In this document: positions 42,001-54,980 of the stretch, in pieces | Position numbering within the stretch: the first letter of the stretch is position 1 | How the letters are laid out: every line of letters starts with the position of its first letter | Assembly (NCBI GenBank): GCA_964016885.1 | Contig: OZ024740.1 | Span: forward strand, 189,286,001-189,350,000 | Reading direction: 5' to 3' | Origin: Eledone cirrhosa | Taxonomy: Eukaryota | Length of the DNA stretch: 64,000 nucleotides | Position numbers and translations under genes: made by a program | Notes under the pieces: model-generated | What the model was told of the DNA's origin: nothing | The model's database searches: none | Seen by the model: the letters and a program-made list of their open reading frames with translations, nothing else

Positions 42001-42817
42001 CTAGGGTAAGAACGGGATGGAAGAAGTTCAGGGAACTACTGCCACTGCTAGCTGCAAAAGCTTCTCCCTCAAAATGAAAGGCAGACTGTATGATGCGTGT
42101 ATTCGAACAGCAATGTTACATGGTAGTGAGACCTGTGCGCTGAAGGTGGAAGACTTACGTAGATTAGAAAGAAACGAAGCCTGCATGCTCCAATGGATGT
42201 GTAATGCGCGAACGGCAAAGCATAAATGAATTGAGAGAGATAGACTGAGCATAAGAGGAATCAAATGCTGTGTGCAGGAGTGGCGGTTGCATTGGTATGG
42301 ACATGTGATGCATATGAAGGATGACAGCTGTATAAAAATATGCAGAGCACTAGAAGTCAATGGAAACCGCGGAGTGGGGAGACCCAAGAAGACCTGGGAT
42401 GAGGTGATAAAAGCCGATCTTACCCAATTACACCTCTCAAAGGCGATGACATACGACCGTGACCTCTGGCGTCACGCAGTAATACAGAGTACCCGACTCC
42501 CATGGGTACAAGCTGAAGCATATAGACAATATGCCCCCACACCCTCCCACTGCAAAGTTGTCGTGGAGGTGCCACGGCAAAAAAGCACCCAGCCCATACT
42601 GTAAAGTGGACGTGTAGGCGCCATGGAAAAAAGCACCCAGCACTCACTGTAAATGAGGTTGGTGTTAGGAAGGACAACCAGCTGTAGAAATCAAGCCAAA
42701 ATCAGTTCCTGTATGAGAAAGGCATGGTCAGCTGACCGGACACTGCCCACAACAGGACAACCCGTCTAACCCATGCTAGCATGGAAGAACGAACGTAAAA
42801 TGGTGATGATGATGATG
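42001..42817 (+). mobile_element. 5'-truncated RTE LINE (RT C-terminus, 3' UTR and (TGA)n tail)
   Basis: GWKKFRELLPLL, KGRLYDACIRTAMLHGSET, RLHWYGHVMHM, GRPKKTWDEVIKADL; frameshifted. Confidence 0.92.
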
Positions 42818-42832
42818 CTATTATATATATAT

Positions 42833-42900
<68 letters not shown>

Positions 42901-43604
42901 ATGGAATGCTGTTAGCTTCTCGCTAAAACAATTTCTATACCTTTCATTTATATATATATATATATATATATAAATGTACATTTAGAAAACTGTGAGCAGA
43001 ATTTGAAGATTGAATATTAAACTTCACTGTAACTTTGAGTAAATAAAATAGTCTAAAAATAATGGGGTGTATGAACCTACTGAACAGAAAAAGATTGGTA
43101 TCTTTTCCCATTCTATGGGTCTATAAGCTCTGTTATTATTAGATTATTTTAATTACTCAAAGCTATTGCAAAATCTTCTAATTCAGTTTTCGTATAAACA
43201 CACACACTCACACACACACAATAACCACAAAAATAATAGTTACTGAAAATATTTGCAGACTTGATGAGATCAATAATTAGTATTAGGCAATACCTTTGTA
43301 AAATCCATCCAGTTGCCATGGCCTAATGTTTTAATATAGACCTAAAGAGCCTTTACTAAAGAGGAACCCCATTTTCACATCCCATTATCCTCTCTCTTAA
43401 TATTTATTCTGTTAAAAATAGTTCTTTATTTCCACTGTTGTGTAATGCTTGTACAAACAGACTAAATTTAATTCCATTACTACTTGAATATTTCCATTTA
43501 GTTAACCACATTTGTATGTTGTTGATGAATACATCACAGTACTAGTTAAAGAATAAAAACTCAGAACACATAAGCCAAAACTTTTCACATTATCCACATG
43601 ATAT

Positions 43605-43731
43605 TGCAGCATTCTGAGTTCAAATCCCACCGAGGTTAACTTTGCCTTTCATCCGTACGGGGTCGATAAAATAAAGTACCAGTAATACACTGGATTAATT
43701 GCTGGCCTTGTGCCAAAAGTAGAAACAATTA
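43605..43731 (+). mobile_element. SINE copy nearly identical to 41300-41420
   Basis: cattctgagttcaaatcccaccgaggttaactttgcctttcatccgtacggggtcgataaaataaagtaccagtaatacactgg. Confidence 0.82.
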
Positions 43732-45320
43732 TATTTAAGATCTGACTCCTACAAGTAGTTACATAGTCAGAGTTGGTATCTTTTCACTAATATGCATGCA
43801 TTGTGAAAATGACCAAAAATACATCTCAAATAGTTTTGGGCTAGTGGTAACCGAATAAAAACAATACTGGTAGATTACGAAGTCATAGTGTATCTCATGA
43901 CAAGCTGAGTGATCAATACTTTGTAATGTGTCTCTTATTTTTCTTAAGGATGAAAGAAGCAGTCAGATGTTTAATCTGTCACTCTGTTTAACACCACCAA
44001 GTGGCTATTGACGGTCTTTGGTGGAGAACTTCGTATTTCAAGCCTCCAGAGCAGGACTCCACTCTATAAATAGCGTCCTTGATACTAACACAAGTCTCAG
44101 ATGCTTCAAAAAGCACCATAAATGCAGCTGTTCTATTGCTAATTAAACCATTAAAATAACAGAGAATGGTAATTTGTTTGTGAGAGGAAAGTAGCAATTA
44201 TTGAAGACATACATGTAGGATATTCTACAAAGTTCAGAGATATTGCTCCTCATTAACTTCCAACAGAAAATATAACATATTTTTACATTTATAAAGTTTA
44301 AAAGGTTGCAGCCTGTATATCCATTGTAATATTAATGCTTTGATAACAAAAACCCACTTAATCTGTATGCTGTCATTAACAGTTGGTATGAGATTTAATC
44401 ACTTGGGAACATATGATTAGCTTAGAAACAATATATATGTCTGTCACTAGTATGATGTATCTTTCACTAAGAAATTTTATTCTTAAATATCTGTAAATGG
44501 GAAAGGCAATTAAAATAAAACTCTATGCTGTTTTGGAAGCTGCAGTAGTTCTTAACATATTGCTACTCAGTTCAATCCCTCCTGAGTACATAGCTTTTAC
44601 AACAGTAGTCTTCATTAGGCTGACTCGCTATTTCACTTGTAGCCTTATGATATGGTAAAGTATGGAACTCCTGATCACTTGCCTATTATCTTATTTTCAA
44701 GCCAACTTCAGTTTTAAATTTTCTCTAATTTGAAGTTTGAATAATCCCTTTTAACAAAAACCAACAACAGAAAATATTATATTTACCTAAAAGACTTCAA
44801 AACAATTCTGCAGAAATCTATTTCTTTTTTTCATTTGAACTGAGTTGAAGATTGTTTGAAAAAGTATCTTAAATTTATTCTATTATATTTTATTTTCTAA
44901 TAAAAAAAACATCAACATCCTTTGACTTTTAGTTGCGCCAGCCAAACAACATATTGTTTTGAAGTAAAAAGTGTTTCATTCTATTGAACCATTTCTTGAC
45001 ATTTTTTTCAAGAACCTTTTCTTAATTGTTATCATTTTTCTTGTCTTATGATGCAAGAATTCATAGCAAAACATTTGAGAAAAATCTTAGTTCTATATTA
45101 AAAGGCTTTTTTTAAAAGAATACAAAACAAAGTGAAATAGAATTTTTCTTAAAAAACATAGTCTTTCATTTTTATTAAATTATTTCTAATTGGCATTTGC
45201 TAATTTGTTGAGGATTGAAGGAATATGTAAATAAGTAATAAAAGAAAAATGAAAAAATTATATAATTTTAAATCAAATGCGTATGTATGTGTGTGTGTGT
45301 GTGCATGCATATATATATAT

Positions 45321-45732
45321 ATGGTGGCTGCCAACTCGTTTTCGAGTACGGCCACTACTTTATATCCATGTAGGAGAACCCCTACTGATGCGCTGAACGA
45401 GTGTGACTTTTTAGTCCAGCCAGCGACTTGAAAGCTCTGGTACAAATACTACACTTGTGACAATTATTGACACATAGTGCTGGGCCCATGGTACCATGTG
45501 ACGACAAATGCAGAGAGATCTCCCGATATAAAGCAATGCCTGTGCCGTGAAGCTTTTATAGTGAGCAAAGGCACTGCACAAAGCCAGTCCCACTCTCTTA
45601 ACCAAGATGATATTTACCAAAAAGAAGAACAAGTCAACATCATTGGATACCATCAGGGTTGCAGGTGTTATATCAGAGTTTTCCTTCTCCTAGAATTCTG
45701 CCTTGACAAAGGCTAAGGGGTCATCTCTCCCG
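45321..45732 (-). mobile_element. GC-richer repeat resembling an RTE-type 5' UTR
   Basis: Reverse complement starts ...ttagcctttgtcaaggcagaattctaggagaaggaaaactctga, a motif I recall from RTE 5' regions; bounded by (TA)n. Confidence 0.45.
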
Positions 45733-46610
<878 letters not shown>

Positions 46611-46632
46611 ATTTATTCAAATAACAGATTAA

Positions 46633-46683
46633 AGTTTAAGCAAAGAATCGCTCTTTTCACCCTTAACGGGATCTTCTGAAACT
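46633..46683 (-). ncRNA. Degenerate hammerhead-like motif (inverted copy of 49880-49930)
   Basis: Reverse complement AGTTT-CAGAAGA-TCCCGTTAAGGGT-GAAA-...TGCTT-AAACT; stem III is altered relative to the 3' copy. Confidence 0.4.
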
Positions 46684-46738
46684 AAAAATGTCATTCTGTT
46701 TCGCTCCCACAATTGAGCAATCTTGACTTATATTCATC

Positions 46739-48865
46739 ATGCAGAAACAACATCTGAATATTTCTACAAAGAACATAACCGTACCGAGCAGGAAAACATA
46801 CCTAACACCCCTGATACAGAAAACAGATGCGTTCATTAAAAGGTTGCTTTGGCGTGCCTTTTATTTCGATAATCAGGGAAAAGCAGACAACAAATAGGAT
46901 AAATTTGTGTTTAAAACCTATAATAACCCTTTGAGTAACCCAGCATTGCTACCCTTCGAAAATGATGTCCTGGAACTCATACGGAGTATCAAATTTCGGA
47001 ATAGGAGCAATTCCTTCCAGCAGGACCTGAAGAATAGGATTCGTTCTATTAAGGATTCTAAAGCCGTGCACGTCCATTCCGACAAAACTGGCAATCTATA
47101 TCAAGTGGAACGCAGTACTTACCATCAACAGCTACATAATTATGTAACTAAGGATTACCGTAAAACTAATCGGAGCGTCCTTAATGAAATCAACGATGCT
47201 GGGTTTAAAATCACCTCTGATCTCAATATCCTGGACCGGACTGAACCTCTGGACCCTGTTTCTCCCCACTTTACCCTGACGGATCATGAATCCAATTTCC
47301 CGAACAACCTCTCTATTCGGCTTATTAACCCTACGCAGTAGATAGAATTATACCTGAAATTAGAACTTAGTAAAAGGATTTTAGATAGAATTATACCTGA
47401 AATTAGAGGTTTGGCCCTTCTTGCACTGTGGAACAATTCTTCCGCGGTGATTGATTGGTTCAACTACATATACAACAAGGAACATTGCCGTTTTATCCAA
47501 TTCGACATCAATAATTACTACTCCTCAATCACTTTACCACTTATTCTTAGAGCTATCAATTTCGCTAAAACACCCACAGTGGTTAAGGATTTCGAAGTTG
47601 ATGTCATCCTCAATGCCCGTAAGTCGGTGATTAATTTCGATGACTCTATTTGGATTAAAAAATCTAAAGTGAGTAGGGGCGCCAGCGATTCTGCGGAGGT
47701 TACTGAACTTATCGGCCTTTTCCTTCTTTTCTATATCAAGGAAAAAATCCCCGACGTGGGCGGTGGTTTGTACCGTGATGACGGTCTTTTGACCATGACA
47801 AAGTGCGGCCCACGTGCTTGCGACAGGCTCAGAAAAGAATTCACAGCCTTCTTTAAAGGCTTCAACCTCTCCATACAGGTTGAGGCTAACCTCTCGGTCG
47901 TTAATTACCTCGACGTTAACCTAAATTTGTCGAACGGCTTGCCCTACCCGTATAGAAAACCGAATGATACGCTTAATTACATAAGTAAGTATTCTGACCA
48001 TCCTGCCAGCATAACCAAAAACCTGGTAAGAAACGTTTCTTTGGGGATTTCCCGTCTATCTACAAACGAGCATATTTTCAACGACCATTCCACATATTAC
48101 AATGAAGCTCTTGCTCGGAGTGGATTTGTCGATAAAGTAGCATATACAGAGTGCGAGAATAGACCTAAGAAAAATAGATCCCGACGCACATTATATGGTA
48201 TAACCCACCATATAATATGGAGGTGGCCCCACCATTAGCTAAGATCTTTCTCTCCCTTATTATGAAGCATTTCCCCCCAGCACATAAATATAGTAACATT
48301 TTTAATAGAAATACCATTAAAATTTCTTACTCTACGACTCCTAAACTTGCACATAATATCACAGCTTCAAATTTAGCTAAATTATCTAGCCGTAGGAACA
48401 CGTGAATCCTTGTAGTTAGTACTAACTGTAATTGTAGGAATCGGGTTGACTGCCCCCTATCCGGGAAATGCCTCTCTAGTAATATTGTCTACAAATGTAA
48501 GGTTGAAACACCCACTTCCCGTAGGGCCTACATAGGGATAACCGCCAATAGATTCAAGCAGCGTCTTTACATGCATACACATACTTTTCTTAACACTAAG
48601 AAGGAATATGACGTCACTCTCAGCTTATATCTGGAGTCTAAAAGACAACCACACCCAATATGAGTTACGCTGGGAGATCCTAGCTAAGGCTAGATCGTAT
48701 AACGGAAATAAAATACCATGTGACCTCTGTGCCGCTGAGGCCCTTGAAATACTCTACGTCAAAGACCACATCTTAAACAAAAAATCTGAGGCAATTTCGG
48801 CTTGTAAACATAAATTGCACAAATCTTTCCTGTATTACAGCCCCACATTATACCCTAACATATAG
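46739..48865 (+). pseudogene. PLE polyprotein: reverse transcriptase, Zn motif and GIY-YIG endonuclease; disrupted
   Basis: MQKQHLNISTKNITVPS..FIKRLLWRAFYF; SDKTGNLY; FIQFDINNYYSSI; GASDSAEVTELIG; GLYRDDGL; VNYLDVNL; SDHP; CNCRNRVDCPLSGKC; IVY...YIG...FKQR; CDLC; LNKKSE. Several stops and frameshifts. Confidence 0.93.
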
Positions 48866-49592
48866 TTCGAACTATACGCAGATATTTTACGTCTTGATGT
48901 GGTAGCTAAGTATATGTTATGTTTATACAATTACTTATTTGTATAGGTAAGTATATATTACCTGTATGTTTAGTGAAGGTATGTATACTTTCTAGTACGT
49001 ATGTTTGCTTGTATATGTTATGGCGTATATTTTATATATACTGGTACATGTGCATTTGGTTATGTGTATACGTGAGTTTTACGTCTGTGTGAGTATGCGG
49101 GTTTGTACGTATGTAGGCTGTGTGTATATATGTACTTTGTGTTTTGGCTGACGTGCGCCTGCGAACATATGTGTATTTACATGTAGGTTTTGGTGTGTGC
49201 GCGTTATATACGTATTTATGTGTGTATATTTATAGACGTTTATTTAATTATATGTACACACACACATATATATATATATGTTTTATATATATTTTTATGT
49301 GTATTTGGTGTATACATTCGTATATGTGCGGATACTGGTGTTGCGTGGGTTCTGTATGTGCGTGCGTGTTTTTTTGTGTACGTGCTTGTATTTGCATACC
49401 CATGGCGAGTGTTTTCGCGTATGCTTGTGTATGTACGTTTATGGATGCGTGTATGTATATATTTAATTTCAATTACCTCTGTACTATATTTACTTTATTC
49501 TTAACTCTGTAGCCGAGAATCTTTCGGTTTAATAGAATTTTAAATAGAATTCTAAATAGAATTTTAGTCTACGACTTCTGTTCTGCCATTTA

Positions 49593-49797
49593 CGTGGTTT
49601 TGCGTTTGCGTGTAATTGTTCTCACCGCCCCATATAATGACGTATTATTTCCGTTCATTGCCAGAGAACGTCTCCATGAGAATTCATTTATACCATAATC
49701 GTGGTTTTGACTTTGCGTGTGATTGTTTTCACTTCTCCAAATAATGACGTATTATCTTCGTTTTTTTTTCGTCCTTTGCCAGGGAACGTTTCCACGA
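49593..49797 (+). repeat. Diverged ~107-bp tandem duplication in the PLE 3' region
   Basis: cgtggttttg..tttgcgtgt.attgtt.tcac...ataatgacgtattat...ttgccag.gaacgt.tcca starts at both 49593 and 49700. Confidence 0.85.
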
Positions 49798-49879
49798 ACC
49801 AAAGTATCGTCTTACTGTCTTCCTTCGGTTGTAACGTTTTTTGAAATATTTTCTTCTGCGTTCACAGATTGACTTTTTT

Positions 49880-49930
49880 AGTTTCAGAAGATCCCGTTAA
49901 GGGTGAAAGCAGCGATTATTTGCTTAAACT
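49880..49930 (+). ncRNA. Type I hammerhead-ribozyme-like motif with variant core CAGAAGA
   Basis: Stem I AGTTT/AAACT; core CAGAAGA (49885-91); stem II CCC-GTTAA-GGG; GAAA (49905-08); stem III AGCA/TGCT; putative CUU triplet ending at 49925. Confidence 0.55.
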
Positions 49931-50028
49931 TTAATCTGTTATTTTAATAAATATTTGCTCTACGGTTCTTATATATTTATCCTTATCGAGCCCTCTTTGG
50001 ATTTTAGTCTTCCAATTTATTATTATTA

Positions 50029-50450
<422 letters not shown>

Positions 50451-51348
50451 CTTAGGTATATACACAAAGAGTCTTGTCATCCCCCTATAGTTTTTAATAA
50501 TCTTATTCCTAACATTAGCCGTAGGATTTCTACCTTATCTTCGTCTCTAAACATTTTTAATAAAGCCGCCCCTTATTATAATAAAGCCCTTAAGAACAGC
50601 TGTTTTACAGAAAAAAATTCTTATTTACCTACTCCCCCCCCTTAAAACTAACCACAATAACAGGAAAAGGAAGATTATTTGGTTCACACCCCCCTTCTCT
50701 CTAACTGTCAAAACTAATGTAGGAAGGAAATTCCTTGAACTATTAGACAAACATGTTCCTCCTAATCATAGATATTATAAGATATTTAATAGGAACGTAG
50801 TCAAGATCAGCTACTCTTGTTGCCCATCTATGAAGTCCAAAATCACCAGCTCAAACCGGACGAGAATAAATCCAGGATGCATTTGCAGGAAGCCGGACGA
50901 ATGCTCATTGCAGGGTAGATGTAACACTAAATCTGTCGTTTATGAGGCTACGATAACACCAGTAATCAACAACCAGCCAGCCAGGAGTGAGCGATATGTC
51001 GGTATGACCCAGGACAGGTTTAAAACCAGATTTTACTCACATGTCGCTTCTTTTAAGCACTCCGATAAAGGAACATCAACGGCCCTCGCAAGTAAGGTGT
51101 GGGAACTCAAGGATAGTAACATCCCGTACTCTTTTGATTGGTCTATATTAGACCATTCGAGGGAGTACCAAAGGGACACAAAGAATTGTTCTTTGTGTAC
51201 CACAGTAAAGTATAGGATTTTGCTAAACTTGAGAGACACTTCCGCTTGCCTTAATTCAAAGACTGAGATCTTCAGATGCTGTCCTAATCTGAGACCGCAC
51301 CTGATCTGTAACTGGATTGACACTCCTATGAGAAATCAACCGCCTTGA
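50451..51348 (+). pseudogene. 5'-truncated PLE (second Naiad-like family): RT thumb and GIY-YIG endonuclease
   Basis: [32 protein letters not shown]; RKRKIIWFTPPFS..KIFNRNVVKISYSC; CICRKPDECSLQGRC; VVY...YVG...FKTRFYSH; CSLC; LNSKTE. Confidence 0.92.
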
Positions 51349-51561
51349 ACTCCTTCTCCCGCTCTTTACTTCTGCTACGGTTTTTATTTTACTGTTTCTA
51401 CGTTCTGTACTCTTGTAATATTTACATTTATTATATATTTTTTTCTCCCTTACCTCCCCTTATATTTTACCTTCTCCTATGCGCCCCCCCCACATATATT
51501 CTTTTTGCCTTGCCCTCCACATACCTATGTGTATGTGTATGTATATTTGTGTGTATATATG

Positions 51562-51617
<56 letters not shown>

Positions 51618-51765
51618 TATATATATATATAGATATATGTGTGTATGTGTATATGTATATATGTTTATACGTATGTGTGTGTGTGCCTGTGTGTATGTAT
51701 TTATATATGTATGTATTTGTGTGTGTGTGTATATATGTGTATGTGTGGATAAGCCAGGTTTCTCT

Positions 51766-51822
51766 CATCCTGAAGATTGTAGGAACAATTTTTTTGCTTT
51801 TAAGAAACCCTTGGTAAATGGA
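51766..51822 (+). ncRNA. Hammerhead ribozyme motif, partly decayed, in the pLTR-like repeat
   Basis: CAT(C)-CTGAAGA (51770-76)...GAAA (51804-07)-CC-CTT-GG-TA-AATG; stem II is imperfect; direct repeat of 53576-53635. Confidence 0.7.
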
Positions 51823-52537
51823 ATAATTGCCTTATGTTGCTTTAATACTTTACTACTATATATACGTATATGTAAGGTCCTTATGATTTATCTAAGATTG
51901 AGTTTTACATACACACACGCATATACGTGTGTGTATGCGTATGCATGTGTGTGTGCGTGGTTGTGTATGTGTGTGTGTGCGTGTGTGTGTGTGTAGGTGT
52001 GTGTGTGTGTGTGTGTGTGTTTGTGTTCTGCTGTGCGTGTTTATGATATATACGTATTTGTATGTGTATAATTGTTTAGCTATGTATGTATATGTGTGTG
52101 TATGTGTACGTGTATATATATGTGTGTGTGTACGTTTGTATTTATGTATATATATGTGTGTATATGTATGCATATATGTGTGTGTGTGCATATAGTTGTA
52201 TACACATGTGTGTATGTATAGATTGTACACTTGTGCGTGGTTATGCATGTATGCGTATGTATGCGTTTATGTATTTGTATTTGAAATTTTTTTATGTGTG
52301 AGAGTGTGTGAATGCGTTGACTATTTCGTGCGTATGTATATGTGCTTTTGTGTGTGTTTCTTACCACGCTTGTCTGTCCAGTTTGCTGCCTTATGTAACG
52401 GTCTCAATATTTTTATAATATATATATATATATTTTTTTTTCTTATATTTATTTGCCTGTGTGAATATGTAGAGGAGTGCATTTATGTATGTGTATGCAT
52501 GTACGTGTGTATATATGTTTGATTGTGTGAATGTATG

Positions 52538-52591
<54 letters not shown>

Positions 52592-52761
52592 GGTATGGCT
52601 ATGTGTATGTATGTGTATGCGTGTACACACGCGCATATATATATATATATGTATATATATGCGTGTATATATGTGTGTGTGTGTATGTGTGTGTATATAT
52701 GCATGTGTGTGTGTGTATGTGTGTGTGTATATATATATATGTATGCGTGTGTGTGTAGATA

Positions 52762-52821
<60 letters not shown>

Positions 52822-53217
52822 AATGTTTGTATATGTTTGTTTTTAGAGGAACAAAGGCAGACAGATTTCTGTATTCAGATTGGAGCCAATCCTTATCATT
52901 AGGTTTCTCTTTAGCTTACAGGTGTCTGTAAGATCAGTATGGGGTCAGTCATGGTAGATAGATTTGGAGGAAGGGAAGATTCCTTAAAAGCTAAATTCTT
53001 AAAGGTTCTAGTAAATTGACGAAGGTTTAGGGAATTCTGTAGACAATTTCTAAGTATAATCTATACAATTGTAGCCATAAATTCACGAGACACTTTCAAC
53101 AGAACATACCCACTCATACGCTCGCGCGCACCCATGGGCACGCGTACGCATGCGCGTGTGCGCGCATGCACGCACACACATGTGTATGGGGGAAATATAT
53201 TTATATTTGTATACACA

Positions 53218-53266
<49 letters not shown>

Positions 53267-53387
53267 GTTTGTATACATATACAGATTCTCATCTATATTA
53301 AAACTTTCATGCTCTGCGGTGTACTGAGTGCCTTGCTTACTGTGGCTGCCTCCAATTCAACCCGGAATAACGTGTGCGTGTATGCGC

Positions 53388-53436
<49 letters not shown>

Positions 53437-53575
53437 TTTATGTCTTTTCGTGTATGTGTGGTTGTATGTGTAGTCTTATTTTATTTTTCCTTTCCTTCTT
53501 CCTTCTCCAGCCTCACTTTCATATAGCTTGCTTTTTTGTTTTTAAGATCCAAATTCAATAAACAAACCAGGATTT

Positions 53576-53635
53576 TTTCATTCTGAGGATTGAAAGCAAA
53601 ACCTTTTGCTTTTAAGAAACCACTGGTAAATGGAA
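53576..53635 (+). ncRNA. Intact-looking type I hammerhead ribozyme
   Basis: Stem I TTCATT/AATGGA; CTGAGGA (53583-89); ~11-bp stem II TTGAAAGCAAA-ACCT-TTTGCTTTTAA; GAAA (53616-19); stem III ACC-ACT-GGT; GUA triplet ending at 53628. Confidence 0.85.
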
Positions 53636-53665
53636 TAATTGCCTTATGTTGTTTATTACATAATA

Positions 53666-53700
<35 letters not shown>

Positions 53701-53723
53701 ATATATAATAAATCATGTCCTTA

Positions 53724-53784
<61 letters not shown>

Positions 53785-53787
<3 letters not shown>

Positions 53788-54333
53788 AGGAATCAAATTA
53801 TGTGTGCATGAGAAGCGGTTGCGTTGTTATGGACATGTGATGCGTATGAAGGATGACAGCTGCATAAAACGGGGCCGAGCACTAGAAGTCGATGGAAACC
53901 GCGGAGTGGGGAGACCCAAGTTGATCTGGGATGAGGTGATAAAAGCCGACCTTACCGAATTACACCTCTCAAAGGCGATGACACACGACCTGACAGAGTA
54001 CCCGACCTCCCATGGGTACAAGCTGAAGCATATAGACAATATGTCCCCACACCCCCCACGGCAAGGTGATCGTGGAGGCGCCACGGCAAAAAAGCACACA
54101 GCCGACACTGTAAAGTGGACTTGTAGGCGTCACGAAAAAGCACCCAGCACTGACTGTAAATGAGGTTGGTGGTAGGAAGGGCATCCAGCTGTAGAAATCA
54201 AACCAAATCAGTTCCTGTATGAGCAAGGCATGGTCAGCCGACCAGACACTGCCCACAACAGGACAACCCGTCTAACCCATGCTAGCGTGGAAGAACGGAC
54301 GTGAAACGGTGATGATGATGATGATGATGATGA

Positions 54334-54336
<3 letters not shown>
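53785..54336 (+). mobile_element. 5'-truncated RTE LINE (same family as 42001-42817)
   Basis: [28 protein letters not shown]...GRPKLIWDEVIKADL, the same 3' UTR and a (TGA)n tail. Confidence 0.92.
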
Positions 54337-54395
<59 letters not shown>

Positions 54396-54407
54396 TATAT
54401 ATATATG

Positions 54408-54927
54408 TCTTAATAGGCATTTGAACTGTCAACAGGCTGCGGTTCGCACACACATCCCTGCTGACCATTATCACAACAACGAACCTCTTTACTGCTACTA
54501 TACACACACACACACACATTTGTTTTGAAATACTTATTTTTCAGTGACTTCTCAATCAGCCGACACAAACCTACATTCGGCGCAAAATCAATTTTTAACA
54601 TTCACATGACCTCTACCGACCAATCAAAATTGTTTTGACCACAAGAATTTTTGCGATACGAATTGGCGCGAATCTTATTTTAATACCTCTGGAGCCACTT
54701 TTTTCACATAAAAACAGGTAGAATTTCCAAAACTAATCAGTTTAGAGCAAACATCACGGACGCTCTATCTCAAAATTATTTTTGAAAAGCATTAGAATTG
54801 CGCAACCGGTAAAACTTAAAACCAAAACTGAATACTAACCAATACTATTACTAATTTCCACTTATTCCTAATTAAACTATTTTTCACTATGAACAATTTG
54901 TCAGCATTTTCTTTTCCGTTTAGCAAT
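54408..54927. repeat. Unclassified non-coding insert between (TA)n tracts
   Basis: CpG-retaining and compositionally distinct, with sharp (TA)n borders; no ORF and no TIR seen. Confidence 0.4.
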
Positions 54928-54980
54928 ATATATATATACATATATATATATACACATATATATATATATCATATATATAT

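Noticed and set aside
48403-48405. In-frame TGA just before the Zn motif and GIY-YIG domain as a possible selenocysteine (some Naiad PLEs encode selenoproteins)
   Set aside because: It lies in the variable linker, not at a conserved Cys. All motif cysteines are TGT/TGC, the ORF has other stops and frameshifts, and a single substitution such as CGA>TGA explains it.
49530-49567. Short regular repeats (AATAGAATTTTA x3; 24-mers at 58399; 23-mers at 61206) as CRISPR-like arrays
   Set aside because: Simple tandem duplications without unique spacers, in a eukaryotic context with no cas genes.
49634-49800. ATGAC motifs in the PLE 3' duplication as possible SECIS elements
   Set aside because: No apical AA at the right spacing and no convincing helix with a 3' GA quartet partner.
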